Source: Eledone cirrhosa (taxonomy: Eukaryota). Taken from it: 64,000 bases of DNA. The stretch covers positions 31,372,001-31,436,000 of the forward strand of contig OZ024742.1 in assembly GCA_964016885.1 (NCBI GenBank), in the 5' to 3' direction. Both the position numbers and the translations under genes were made by a program. The first letter of the stretch is position 1; the number at the start of each line of letters is the position of its first letter. Below, piece after piece: positions 1-15,754 of the stretch. Below the pieces are notes generated by a model. That model was not told the DNA's origin and ran no database searches. It saw nothing but the letters and a program-made list of their open reading frames with translations.

Positions 1-1905
<1,905 letters not shown>

Positions 1906-2475
1906 ACACGTGTGGGCATTCAATTCAATTCCATGCTTGAGTTGTGATGTCCAGTCTTAATGTTGATACCCTAATTCAGAGGTCCCTAATCTAGGGCCTG
2001 AGGACCCTTGGGAGTCCGCAAAGATGATACTAGGGTGTCGCAAAAATAGTACTAATGTCTCGCAAAGATGGTATTTAGCGTCTGTGAGTTAAATTCCAAA
2101 TGTCAAGTTATTTGTTAAAAACATAATATATACGAGATACACACTATTATATCCCTTTTTATATATTTACTGAAACCGATAAAAAAATCAAGTGTCTTGT
2201 TGAAGGACTCAATATACCGTTAGGAATGAAGCTGACGACCTTACGGTCGAGAAACAAACACTCTCACCACTACACCAATCACTTTCACATGGAGTACAGC
2301 CACTGCAATGCTGATTCTAACTGCCACAATATTTTAAGCATCAACCAAGGCGATATAATTTATATCTTGTTCTCTCACTCTTGTATATTTTATCTCTGAT
2401 AATATTGTACTTATTCTAAGTGACAATGTAACCGTATTTTAACAAACATTAACAGAGAACTTCTTACTTAGAGCA

Positions 2476-2536
2476 ATGACATACATTGTACTTTCGCTTA
2501 TTGTGTTTTGTTGTCTTCGTCTTTTGTTTTTATCTG
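2476..2536 (+). CDS. Putative signal-peptide exon of the VWA-domain gene (MTYIVLSLIVFCCLRLLFLS)
   Basis: ATG, 20 mostly hydrophobic codons, phase-1 donor G|gtttga compatible with the downstream phase-1 exons. Confidence 0.45.
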
Positions 2537-2562
2537 GTTTGATTTGGTAAAATGCCATATCA

Positions 2563-3063
2563 TAATGATTCCTACTATAAGCGCAAGGCCAGCAATTTTG
2601 AGAGAGGGGAAAGTCGATTAAATAGACCCCAATGCATTATTGGTACTATATTTTATCGAATGCAGCTTGGATGAAAGACAAAACCAACTCTAACGACCCC
2701 CCAATGGTATTTAGTCCATCATTTTATTAGCACATCACAATGCAAAGTCTCAATATATTACTGGTAGTAAACACTGTTTAGTGGTTAGGACGTTGGCCCC
2801 ATAATCGAATCACTCCTTGTGTGTGAAATTTGGTAGATAGACTGTTTGGAAGCCCGTCGGATGAACTGTACCTGTAATTCAACGGGCCGACCTTGTCACA
2901 TACTGTGACACGCTGAACCTTCCTGAGAATTACGTTAAGGATACACGAAATTATGACAAGCAAAGTTGACCTCTGCGGAATTTGAACTCAGAGAGCAGAG
3001 AACTGGAACAAATAGCAGAAAGTATTCTATTCGAGCTTCTAACGACTCTGCTAATCACCTCCT
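2563..3063 (-). mobile_element. tRNA-derived SINE with Meta-type core, interrupted by an insert of about 270 bp
   Basis: Homologous to the 39650-39838 copy; B-box GAGTTCAAATTCC on the minus strand. Confidence 0.65.
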
Positions 3064-3242
3064 ACAATTCTATAGCCTTCACCTAACCTGACAATCCGTA
3101 TAAGAAATCAATATATTGTTCGTTTATTATAAGATTTCTTCTGAATTCATTCCAATAACTTAACATATTCTTATATAAACTGATTGTAATTGTATTTTCA
3201 AGAAACCCTTCTATTTTGCTTCACATGGCGTTGGATAATTGC

Positions 3243-3470
3243 TAGGTTGTTGTTGTTGTTGTTGTTGTTGTTGGTGATGATGACAGCAGCCGTGGTAATG
3301 GCCGGGGTGATGTTGTTATTGTTGAGATGTGGGGAGTAGGGGGTGTCGCTAGTGATGGTGGTTGTGTTGCTGTTGTTGGTGATTGTTGATGTTGGCGGTG
3401 GTGTTGTTGTAGATGGTGTTGGTGTTGGTGGTGGAGATGGTGGTGGCTGTGTTGTTGTTAGTGGCGAGTT
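3243..3470. repeat. (GTT)/(GGT) degenerate trinucleotide repeat
   Basis: Seen directly. Confidence 0.85.
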
Positions 3471-3549
3471 GTAGCAGTGCACAGCTGTAAAAATATACTC
3501 TTTTGCTCTCCCGTTACTCTCTGCTGTCAGCCACATATGTTTTTAATAG

Positions 3550-3564
3550 AAGTGACTTTCTCTG
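3550..3564 (+). CDS. Possible 15-nt microexon (EVTFS) of the VWA gene
   Basis: ttttaatag|AAGTGACTTTCTCTG|gtgagt, symmetric phase 1-1. Would complete a signal-peptide cleavage site. Speculative. Confidence 0.3.
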
Positions 3565-5249
3565 GTGAGTCAGTTGCAACAACAACAGCAACAACAACAG
3601 CAATAACAACGGCAGTAACACCAACTACAATTACAACAGAAAGAACCATTGCAACAAGACATGAGGTTTGCGTTAAAGAATTTATCGGTTAGCAACACTA
3701 TTATTACGCTCGCTGCACATTAACTGTAGTGGCGTGGTGTCCTTGAGAAAAGCATGATAGCAAGCATGAATTTAAGTAAAAGAAAAAAGACCTACTCTTA
3801 CATCTAGGACAAGGCCAGTCAAGTAGATTTCATAACTAGTACTAGGGTTTGAACTTAATAATATAAGGCGTATAATGTAAAGTGTAAGGCGGCGAATTGG
3901 CAGTCCTTCTCACTTTCATTCTCTTACTCTCTTTCCTTCTCTTGAAGAAATCTTCTGTATTCAGACCTGGAGAGGAGATGGGCTCCACCTAGTTTTAAAA
4001 TAATGCCCTAGAAATGCCATATGTCAATATGGCGCCCCTACCGCTCCCTTGGGAGTTGCAGGACGATACCATACGTTAAGTGTATGTCCATTGTTATAGT
4101 GTATGCTAAGTGTTGCTGATAGGTCCCTCATGCAGCCTATTTCGGCTAGAAGGACCACAGCCCATTGAGTAGTAGGAATACTGTTGAAGACTTTATCTTC
4201 ATGCAGTATATTTAGGGTAGATCAGCAGAATAGAACCTGTCTATCTCTTCGTCTTTATGTTTAGAGTAATTCAAACTGTTTAGGGTTAGTCAGCTCAGTG
4301 GGATCTGTTTCAAATGAAAATTGCAATTGAAAATTGCAGTGTTAGAGTAAACCTCTTTCTTTTTAATGGGATGCTATCATAGTGCTGTTTTGTACTTTTC
4401 AAGAATGCGTTGCTAATACGACTTCATGTGTCACAGGACTTTAAGAGTTAATAAACACTAGGATTGTGGATGTCAGCTTTTCAGTTGTATCTGATAGAGA
4501 CAAATGTGTAAAATGTAGAGTGAGAATTATTCTTTAGGACAAAACGTTAACTATTTCCCTTTCTTACGGGAGTTCAACCAACTAAAGTGTAGTGTTAAGT
4601 AGCCATACAACTTGCTAGAAATAACAGCCAGATATCCTAATACCGTACTTTACAGTTAGATACCCCCTAATATCATACCTTACTATCTATTCTACGTTTA
4701 TTAAAATGGGTCAACCGTCTCAAGCTTTCATTTCCTCGGGTTTAAAAAAGTCTAAAACAAATTCTTGGTAGTTTAAAACTAAGGTCAAAATTCTAGATTC
4801 CGTCTCGAAGAATTTCTCTTTCCATTTTCAAAAGGCTTGACTATCACAACTTCCATTTTTCCTCCTATGCTAGTTAACAAAATTAAAACTACCAGTAATA
4901 TACTGGGATTCAATGGATTTACGTTACACTTCCTATCCCCGAGACATACACACAACTGACGCGTGTACACACGCTCACATACATAATAGCATACACGTAT
5001 AAATTACACATACACACACGTTCACGTACATACAGTCACATACATATATAAAACACATACACACATGCTCACACGCACAGTCACATACACGTATGAACCA
5101 CACATACACACACGCTCACATACATATAGTCACATTCACATACACCATAAACACACACATCATATACACATACAGGTATGAACCATACATATACAACACA
5201 TATCATATACACATATAGTACTAAACAATGTTTATTTGTTCCATTTCAG

Positions 5250-5312
5250 GATCTTTCAAGAAAAGCCCAGTTTTCCCAAAAGCTCCTGAGGTTAGAGGAC
5301 CAGAATATTCTG
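5250..5312 (+). CDS. VWA gene exon (GSFKKSPVFPKAPEVRGPEYS)
   Basis: Acceptor ttgttccatttcag, donor gtaagt, 63 nt, phase 1-1, open frame. Confidence 0.7.
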
Positions 5313-6279
5313 GTAAGTTGACGAATTCTCTTGTAATATTTAGCGTACTTTCTAAACTGTATATACACTAAGATGTATGGAAACGTAGATTTGTCTGTCT
5401 GTGGTTGTAGTGTTAGTTTTACCTAGGCACACTCACGTTTGTATGGGTGGGTGTATGTATGAAGAGAGAGAGAGAGAGAGAGAGAGAGCATATGTGTGTG
5501 TGTAAGTGTGCGTATGTGTGTGTGTGACAGACTGTAAACAAACATCTAGATTATGACTGATAGAATAAATCTTCACATTTTAAAAAAGTTATGACTGTCA
5601 CAATGTTTTCCTTTAATCTTCCCTATAAATCTAGTTCGTTGCAAGCAGTGTATTCATGTTTATATATTGTAACTACACTACAGAAAATATCTCGATTTAT
5701 TTACATGGCGAATTGCTTGTTAAGGGGAGATCACTCTAAAACAAAAACTGACTAAGTTTGTGTTTTTGTATATCTAGCGATATACGATATGTCAACGAAT
5801 AAACATTTTGAAAGGCTTTAGTTATGAATTTGGAAACTGATAGCGTAGCGTCATCTAGCGGATTCCAGCAGAAGCTAAGGGTGGATAAACTAAGTTTATT
5901 TCACATCAATAGAATGTGTACAAACATGATTTATATTTTTTTGAATAAATACAAATAAAAATTAAAAAAATATATATAAAAGCAAAAGACACGAAAACTT
6001 AACCCCACACCACAACAAGCGGTGTTGGAGTTTCCCTCTAATAGTTTTTAAAGCAAACCAATACACTGGTGGCATTGGTGCGGTGATACTGGAATGACTA
6101 AGCATTTTTATGGGAATGAACTGATATGTCGGTAAGGCGAGCTGCCAACAATGCAACAATAACAAAAACATCTTTCCACGACTATCTGTCCACTAGGAAT
6201 GATACTATAAATATTTTAATTAACAAACCTCATGAAACCACATTAGCAAGATCTTCTTGAAAAGTACAAAATATTACTA

Positions 6280-6938
6280 TGTAGTGGATAAATGTATTCC
6301 TTTCAGGATGAATGATAAAAAGAATAATGCCAGAATTGTGATGTTGACAATGTTTATTTTACAATAACAATATTCACTTGTTAGTACATTGAATATCGAG
6401 TAATAAAATTGTGACAGCAGTTATCACTACATTATTTTCTGACTAGCTACTTCGAGCTAGCGTGTATGCAGGTATCAATAAAACGATACAATAGAAGTGA
6501 AATGACAGGAAGACGAAAGAGTAGGAAACAATATAAGTAAACCAACTGTGTGTGTGTGCGTGTGTTTATCCTGTAGTTGGTCAAATTGCCGAGCTGGTAT
6601 TAAATGTGAGAGCCTGAGGCCAGGAGAGAGAAAGAGTAAAATGTCTGCTACATCGTTAACCTTCACGGACTGCTGTTTCCTCGTTTCTCTGCTGGATTCC
6701 CTAAGTACTTGTATTTATAATAACCCTAGAGTGAGAAGGATGTGTATATGGGTTGATTCATGAGTAGCCATGTGTGTTTCATCTGGGGTCACAGGTCAAG
6801 TAGTATGTATGTTTATCATCGTTGTCTCTTGACAGGACAACGGTGGGAAACTCCCAACAATAGGTGGTCCCTGAGGCGAGAACTCTTAGATTCGGTTTCG
6901 AATCTTCGCCGGGTAATTTATAGGATAATTCCATTACA
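6280..6938. mobile_element. Probable solo LTR (659 bp) in a VWA-gene intron
   Basis: Ends TGTAGTGGA...TCCATTACA (TG...CA, imperfect inverted repeat) with 4-bp TSD ACTA at 6276-6279 and 6939-6942. The empty-site sequence is seen in the paralogous block near 14510-14545. Confidence 0.75.
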
Positions 6939-7103
6939 ACTATGACCACATCACATTAAATATTAAATCCTTCACTTTAATACTGCACATTTTCATAACA
7001 TTCAATCAACTAGTAAAGACACTATAAACATTTGAATTAACAAACTCATTTTTAAATTGATGTTAATAATTAATTTAATAAATCTTTTTTGCTTGTATTG
7101 CAG

Positions 7104-7373
7104 CTTGTCTAGGAGGGAAAGCAGCCGACGTGATTATATTACTAAACACTTCGTCATCTTTGACCAAAGAACAATTTGTTGTTCAAATCCAGCGGGCGGA
7201 ACAATTGGTCAGATTATTGCGTAACTTTAACGTAGAAGATAAACAATATAACCGAATATCAATTATAACTCTCAATAAAAATCGAATTCATGCTGTTGCA
7301 AAATTCAAGAGTCGTTCCCAAACCGGTCCCAGATACACTGAAGAACTAGCAAGCACTCTTCGTAAACTTAAAA
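7104..7373 (+). CDS. VWA gene exon: N-terminal half of a VWA domain (ACLGGKAADVIILLNTSSSLTKEQF...)
   Basis: Acceptor ttgtattgcag, donor gtaagt, 270 nt, phase 1-1. C....ADVIILLNTSSS resembles the VWA strand-A motif ADIVFLLDxSxS; RISIITL resembles RVGVVTF. Confidence 0.85.
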
Positions 7374-7994
7374 GTAAGTATATTATCAATATCAGACATG
7401 AATGGAAAGATAGAAATCGATTAAATCGACCTCAGTGTGTTACTGGTACTTTATTTTATCGACCCCGTAATTTTTATCGTGAATGAAGGGCAAAGCTAAC
7501 TTCGGCAGAATTTGAACTCAGAACGTAAACGGCCATAACTCTATGGCGCAAAGCATGTTGTCAGACGCTCTACCGATTCTACTGCCAATACAATATATAT
7601 ATATTGTGGACAGAAACATAACAAAAACACTTATAATAGATTAGAACTCATGACCTGGGCACTACTAGTTTAATGTCTAACCCACTTGGATACTTTTAAT
7701 AATATTACAAAATTGCAAAATACTTATTTTTAATTTCTAATATTTTCCAATTCTACCGAAGTAGAGTGCATGGCAACATGAGTAAAGGAGAACCGAAGTA
7801 GAGTGCATGGCAACATGAGTAAAGGAGAAGACAAATTGTGATGAAATATTTAGTTGTTTCATGATGTTCTAGGTTCAAATCCCACCGGAGCTTACTTTGT
7901 CTTCCAACCTTCTGGATCGGAGTTTCAGGTATCCAGAATTTCAAGACTGATAATAAACTGTCGACTGATTCTATTGATTGTACTTATTCTGTGA

Positions 7995-8340
7995 AGGTAC
8001 ATGGCTTAGAGGATAGAGCGTTGGGATTGCAATCGTGAGATTGTGAGTTGGATTCTCGGACCAGGTGATGCATTATGTCATTGAGCAAGACACTTTATTT
8101 CACGTTGCTCCAGTTTACTCAGCTGTAGAAATGAGTTGTGGCGTAACTGATGCCAAGTTTTATCGACCATTGTCTCTCCCTTGGACAACATCGGTGACGT
8201 GGAGAGAGGAGACTGGTATGCATGGGTGACTGTTGGTCTTCCACAAACAACCTTGCCCGGACTTGTGATTCGGAAGAGGAACTTTCTTGGTGTAAATCCC
8301 ATGGTCTTCATGACTGAAAGGGGGGGGGGGGTCTTTATTC
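7995..8340 (+). mobile_element. tRNA-derived SINE with CORE-like domain
   Basis: tRNA-like head (tggcttagaggatagagcg) and ttgagcaagacactttatttcac core shared with the copies at 25227, 26000, 29253 and 55955. Confidence 0.75.
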
Positions 8341-8936
8341 TGTCATAAATTAGTGACATTCTGTCAAAACAATAAAAAGCATATTTTCATATATTTTTCT
8401 TTTTTCTTTTTCAATCACCAGGAAAGCACGTACATAACAGAACAATTTCACACCACAATAAACATGAGATTCCGGCTCTAAAGCAGATTTTGAGAATGTC
8501 ACGCAACTTCCGTAAAAGTGTTGCTCAGGTGGCGTTTTACTTCTCAGCTGACTACTCAGTGAGTTCAATAGATAGGAAACGTGCATTCAGGATAAGAAAG
8601 AAAGGAATATATTTATACATCTTGCGACTCGCACCCAGTGGAATAACATATAATACGTACACAGAAATGGTACATTACCCAGTCACGGATTTTGTATTTG
8701 ATGTTAAACGACACAGTAGCATCGATAATTCAGTTAAAACATTATTGAGACAGGAACATTGCAATAGTAAGTCTTCAATTCTTTAACTCTTTCTTTATCT
8801 ACGAGATACTCTCATCGAATGACAAAATGATGTTTATTTTTCAACATTGTCCCTAGAAGGAAACAATGCAATTATTAATAAGACTAGTTGAAATTAATGC
8901 ATGCGAGATTTCACAGCGCTAGCATCCCCCCTTCAT

Positions 8937-9035
8937 CTATGTATATGTATATATGTATATATATGTATATATACATATATATATATACATATATGTATAT
9001 ATATGTATATATACATATATACATATACATATACA

Positions 9036-9089
<54 letters not shown>

Positions 9090-9374
9090 CATATACATAT
9101 ATATATATATATTTACATATATATATATATATTTACATATATATATATATATACATATATATTTACACACACATATATATATATATATATACATATATAT
9201 TTACACACACACACATATATATATATATATACATATATATTTACACACACATATATATATATATACATATATATTTACACATATATATATATATATATAT
9301 ACATATATATTTACACATATATATATATATATATATACATATATATTTACACATATATATATACATATATATTT

Positions 9375-9417
<43 letters not shown>

Positions 9418-9422
9418 TATTT

Positions 9423-9496
<74 letters not shown>

Positions 9497-9714
9497 ACAC
9501 ACACACACATATATATATATACATATATATTTACACACACATATATCTATATATACATATATATTTACACATATATATATATATATATACATATATATTT
9601 ACACACATATATATATATATATATATACATATATATTTACACATATATATATACATATATATTTACACACATATATATATATATATACATATATATTTAC
9701 ACACATATATATAT

Positions 9715-9751
<37 letters not shown>

Positions 9752-9826
9752 TATTTACACATATATATATATATATATATACATATATATTTACACACAT
9801 ATATATATATATATACATATATATTT

Positions 9827-9867
<41 letters not shown>

Positions 9868-9940
9868 TATTTACACACACACATATATATATATACATAT
9901 ATATTTACACACACATATATATATATATACATATATATTT

Positions 9941-10011
<71 letters not shown>

Positions 10012-10039
10012 CACATATATATATATATATATATGTGTG

Positions 10040-10078
<39 letters not shown>

Positions 10079-10080
10079 AG
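8937..10080. repeat. (TA)n/(CA)n compound microsatellite
   Basis: Seen directly. Confidence 0.98.
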
Positions 10081-11179
10081 TTGTATATATATGCCTCTTT
10101 AGCCTCAGTACCCCCACCCCAGTAACTTACAGATAGCATTCGCCGATTACGCTATACTAACTAATCATAGTAGCTGTGTTAGACACCAGAGATGTGGTAT
10201 TAATTTTTAATACCCAATTTTAAATTTTCAATAATTCTCATCTAGCAACCCAATCTATAGCATTGGCTGAAAAAGCAGCACCAACTAAATATAGCAGCTG
10301 TGTTAAACTCCTTAGTTTTTGTTTTATTTCACCTCTCACTTTCCAACTTTATATTCTGATATATCAGTCTCTCATTTTTTATATTCTTTTTTATTATATT
10401 TTTTGTTTGTCCCTTAATCTCATTTGATTTACTTTTTCTATAATGTCCCTCCTCCATTTTCTAAAGAAACCTTTTTTCGCCTACCTCCCCTGGCCTACTT
10501 TCATACACATTCCTTAGAGTTTACCTTGTAGATTTCAACGCTTGACCGGCTCTATCCACTCCCCTATTATTCTACAGGCAAGTTCAGCCACCCCACCCCG
10601 CACCTACTGCCATGATAGACTTTTCTGTGTCTGCTACAAATTTTAACCAATCCTCTTGACAACCACAATCTTCCCATATAAGGAAGTACCCCTTGAAAAG
10701 TTCGGCCATTTATAACAATATCAGATTTAACCCACCTTTCCAATATTATTCATACGTTTAGCTTTAAATCATCTAATTAATATATTAGAATATTATATAC
10801 AAGTAACCTTCCTCCCTATATTGGACTATGCGATGCTATTTTGAAAATGTCAAGTATCAAGTGTCTTAAATACCTATAGTCACTCAATGTTGTTTGCTGA
10901 ATGGAGGTGGACAGTATTGATTGTATTTATAGAATTCCTTTTAGTTATTCAAAAACTTACTAAGTTTTAAATTGTGTTGAGCATCTATAACTGTTTTGAG
11001 AATGAAGCTATTAAAATATTACATTAATACTGAAAAAGTGAGGAGCATATGGAGGTGAGAACGAGGGACGAGAGAGAATCAAATATGTAAGATCCAATGG
11101 GTTGTGATTTTGTCATGTTATGTATTTCTCAAGTAAACAAGTTTTAATGTAATTTTGTTGTAATTCTTTACTTTAACAG

Positions 11180-11215
11180 TGCAAGTCTCTCCTGGTGATG
11201 ATCAACCAAAACCAA
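11180..11215 (+). CDS. VWA gene linker exon (MQVSPGDDQPKP)
   Basis: Acceptor ctttactttaacag, donor gtaagt, 36 nt, phase 1-1. Confidence 0.65.
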
Positions 11216-11887
11216 GTAAGTATTATACATTTCTACCAATCCAATAATGGGTTTTGATTTAGGCATAAGGCCAACAATATGGGGAAGGGGAAAGTCGATT
11301 AAATCGACCCCAGTGCATTACTAGTACTTTATTTTATCAATCCGCAAGGATGAAAGGCAAAGCTAACCTCAACAGGATTTGAATTCAGAACGAAAAGGGT
11401 AAATAATAATGGGTTCCGATTTAAGTACAAGGCCAACAATATTTCGGTGGGGATTGGACAATCCAATAATAAATCTTGTTTCATATGTAAGGTGGCAAAT
11501 TGGCAGTCATTAGAACGTCAGATAGAATACTTTGTGGTATTTGTTCTGGCTCTCTGCTTTCTGAGTTCAAATCCTGCTGAGATCAACGTTGTCTTTCATT
11601 CTTTTGAGGTCAATAAAAAAGTACCAGTCTAGTACTGGGGTCGATTCTTCCTCTATATCTCTTTCAATATCCTATATAATGTTATAAAGAGAAAAATGTA
11701 CATAGTTTTATATAGATAATAGTGTATACAGTATTATATAGACAGTAACCTATATAGTGTTATATAGACAAAAATATATATAGTATTATGTATAAAATAA
11801 CCTACCTTGTGTTATATAGATAATGATGTGAACCACATTTAATGTAATTCACCAAATTATAAATAATTTTTGTTCTTTTTCTTTCAG

Positions 11888-12376
11888 TTTGTAAAGCAAA
11901 ACGACCAGTAAATTTCTACCTGGGTGTTGAACAAAACAGCCTTGAAAGCTCAGAAATTGAAGGCATTTTAAGTCTTTACAAAGAAATGAATAAAGAACTG
12001 CAGCCTGTCAATGGTAACACTGTTCAATCAAAATATATCTTGAGTGAACCTTCAAACAAAACAGAAGACATTAGCAATAGTTATATCAATATTTTAAGAA
12101 AAACAATGGAAGCCACAAATCACAATTTGAACAAAGACGCACAAAATACCTTACTGTTATTTTTCAAATCTAGCACAAAAGTAACAAAAAGAATTCGACA
12201 CGAAGCTAGAATTTTGAGAAATCACAAAATTGAGGTTTACGCTGTTATCAAAGGCAAAAGTCCCAAAGACTTTTCACCAATTGTTAATAGACCAGCTGAA
12301 GATCATCTCTTTAATGTACCAAGTTTCACCAAGCTGAGTGGCTACAAAGATACAATATTGAAGATAGTTTGTCAAG
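11888..12376 (+). CDS. VWA gene exon: degenerate Cys-bracketed VWA domain (ICKAKRPVNFYLGV...EARILRNHKIEVYAV...EDHLFNVPSFTKL...ILKIVCQ)
   Basis: Acceptor ttctttttctttcag, donor gtcagt, 489 nt, phase 1-1. The C-terminal part resembles matrilin/collagen VI-type VWA ends (A..L+..GIEVFAV; P...H.F.V..F..L; terminal C). Confidence 0.85.
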
Positions 12377-14514
12377 GTCAGTATCTTTGTTCTTTTCCAA
12401 GAAATTAGAATCAGTTGTTTTATGTGTGATATTTTTCCTTTTTATCTTATTGTATTAGATGTAAGAGAAAAAGGTATTACTGAGTACATTTCTCTTCCTC
12501 CTCTTAATTCTTCTTTTTATTCTCCTTTTTCTTTTCTTTCTTCTCCTCCTCTCACTTATATAACCATCTTCAATTGTGACCAGTCAAGCTCATGGAAGTT
12601 ATCCAACTGTCTTGCTCAGGGTCTGCCTACCCCTTGGTCTCCTGCCAGTTGGCTTTGCCTGTTTTCAGCATAATCCAGTGTGTGTGCTTGACTAGGCTGA
12701 CCTTTTGAATTACAGGCACAGTGCATCTGACAAGCTTCTAAAATAATTTCCATCTACCCAATTTCCATTTCAAGGCATGGGTTGACCCAAAGTATGGTAA
12801 ATGACACATTCTACTGATGTCACACTCTGGGATGAAACCCAGGATCTAATGATTGCATAGTGAATGGTATAAACATTTGTCCATGCTGTACTTATGGTCG
12901 TGTTCACCCAGGGTGGGTTGAGCCAGCATCATCGAAGGAATTCATGGTGTAAGTTCATTTCAATTGAGTTTCTTGAGGCGATTGGTTTCACAAGCGGTGC
13001 CCGCAGGTATATGCACTTTAGGGCAGTGCAAATCAAGCATCGCATTGGTTATAGCACCAAGCTCTCGCTTTCAAACCCAACCCAATTTGGTAGAGCCAGT
13101 GCTGCTACGGGGACACATGGAAGGGAGTTTGGCTGGCAGAGGTGATAAACACGACCTGTTTGAGCCATGTTGTAGGTCAGGAACTCACCCCAATGCCCAG
13201 TCCAGGCATCCTGACCCTCGTCCATTTTATCTAAGATTTCTCTTTAAAAACATCCTTGTTTCTTTTTTGTTCTTATGTCTGAAGTTTTCCTTATATTTGT
13301 TCCAGGATGGTGAAATGGTAACACTTCAGATTAGAATGAGGAAAAAACTGCAGAAACACTTAACATTAGTGTGATTTCAATTGTTTCATTTATGAGGGAT
13401 ATTTGGAGATTTCAAAATTAAGTAAAAAGAATAAAAGAAAGAAAATATATGGTGAATTACCAACCAGCCAACCAGCCAGCCAGTTGGACAGACAGATGAA
13501 GAAAGAAATAGAAAATATTTGGACACAATCTGAGAAATTTGAAACAGAAACACCAAAGAAGTCTTGGTTAATAGGAAAATGATTTTATCTGTACATGACT
13601 GGCAAAATACTTTCTTTTTTCTTTTTATACAATGGCAAAATATTTTCTTTCTTTTTTTTTTTTTGAGAAATTCTTACCTATTTCCTTATATTAATAATAA
13701 TAACAATAATATTAATGATATTTACACGGTTCAAGCTGCTTCCATAAACAAATGGTTGAAAATATTTCACCAAAATGTCTATTGGTTTCCTAATGAAAAG
13801 GAAATATGACACTAACACACATACATATACACACGTTCATACACATATATACACACATAACACCCTCCCCCATCGCTACACACACACACACACACATGAA
13901 ACAAAATGACAAACCTCAAACTTCCAGAAAAAGCTGAAATATAATATTTCTGAATTTCTGAAACCAAATCAGGAAATGAAGCTTTAAAGAAGTTTAAAGA
14001 TGGTGCAATGTAAAGATGGACACACAGACAAATGATGAAATAATGAAGTTTGTTTGTAATTCGCCGTGAAACTGGAAGCAAACGTTATAATGTTATAATA
14101 AAACACAAAAAACAAATGCATCTGTGATATAGGTTCTTTTTCTTCTTCCCTTCTTATAAAACATTTTAACCGTTAACTTGAACATGCTTCAGACATGTGA
14201 GAGCCAAATTTGTTTGTCCAGCTACTTTATTACTAAGTGGAGATGACTCCTTCCCACTCCTCATTATTATTTGTCATTCACCATTCCTCTGTATAAACCA
14301 TAGGAGACGAACAAGACCCAATACTATCAAAGATGCAATTACCACTTCAACTCACATTTTGAGCAGATCTTTTTTTTTTATTTTCTCACCCCTAACTGAA
14401 GAATGCCAACCTAGTCACAACTACTTTACTATAAATTCTATTAGTGAATGGATTATATTAACTATTAACATCCTGTAGCACATGAAACCGCATTAGTGAA
14501 ACATTTTTGAAAAG

Positions 14515-14845
14515 TACAAAACAACACTATGACTGCATCACATTAATTATTAAAGTTTTTACTCTAATACTGTAAAATTTCACTATAATCTGTCCTCTAG
14601 TAAAGACACTATAAAGATTTAGCTCAAAACAACACTACGACTGCATCACATTATCTATTAAAGTCTTTACTTTAATACTTTAAATCTTCACACCAATCTG
14701 TCCTCTAGTAAAGATACTATAAATATTTAGTACAAAACAACACTGTAACTGCATCACATTAAATATTAAAGTCATTACTTACATTATTACTGTCAATTTT
14801 TACAATAATCTGTCCTCCAGTAAAGATACTATAAACATTTGAATA
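14515..14845 (+). repeat. About 3 tandem copies of a unit of about 110 bp
   Basis: Recurring acaacacta..actgcatcacatt...ctgtcctctagtaaaga.actataaa; a homologue lies at 6939-7060. Confidence 0.8.
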
Positions 14846-14886
14846 ACTAAAGCCATTTTTAGATATTTTCTTCTAAATCATTACAG

Positions 14887-14894
14887 GATGTTAA
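14887..14894 (+). CDS. Candidate terminal coding exon of the VWA gene (GC*)
   Basis: ttcttctaaatcattacag|GATGTTAA gives ...VCQGC-stop, with ATTAAA at about 15002. An alternative acceptor at 13305 gives GW-stop. Confidence 0.45.
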
Positions 14895-15132
14895 GAGTTA
14901 ATATTCACTGACTGAAAAAAAACGACAAAAAAACAAACAAACAAGAAAGAAAACATTTACTAAACAATGTTTATGCTTCAGTGTCTTCAATTATATTTAC
15001 AATTAAAAGAAAAGGAAAAAAAAAGAGATCGGGCATGTGTATATTTATTTATTTATTTATTTTTGCTGAGTTGAAATCTGATTGGGCATTTTTTTTGTTT
15101 TTTTTCAAATGTGAACAATAACTTTGAAAACA

Positions 15133-15525
15133 CTCTCGGATCTCGAATAATCTTTCCATCACCCAACTTATTAACCCCCTCCCCCATGGTCTTATTCCAA
15201 ACCCCTACTCCATCCTTCCCACGTTTATTAGGTTTTGTTAATCTATCTCTGGTGAAATTTTATTTTAAGTGGTAGCATTCCTGTGACAATTGATTTTCTT
15301 TATTCATTGAAAGACATTATCGATGACAAAAAAGATCATTATTAGAAATTCCATACCATACGTTATAAAATAAATAGGATGGGTTGGGTCTCAATATGTC
15401 AACTAAGTGACAAATTTTGTTTTTTTTTATAAAAAAAATAAATCAAGGGAGACAACATAGAAAAATTATCAATTTTCCACCCCACTTATTCTCCCCCCCC
15501 CCCCCTACTATTTGGTATCCGAGAG
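15133..15525. mobile_element. MITE, probably Tc1/mariner-type
   Basis: Termini CTCTCGGATCTCGAATA and TATTTGGTATCCGAGAG, followed by TA on the right side. Confidence 0.6.
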
Positions 15526-15754
15526 TAAGTAGTATTGAAATAGTCTAGACAAACTGTTTACCGGTGCAAACATATTGGAGTCCTATTTACATAACTTATA
15601 TTTATTTAAACATTCTCTCTACATTTCACTCCCTGCATTCAGATCTTTTATTTTTACACAAAACTTTGAAACTTATTGTAAATATACTTCGAAATAAAAT
15701 TTAAAAAAATCTATTTATGCAATATTTATATCTGACTTGTTTTATTATTTCACT

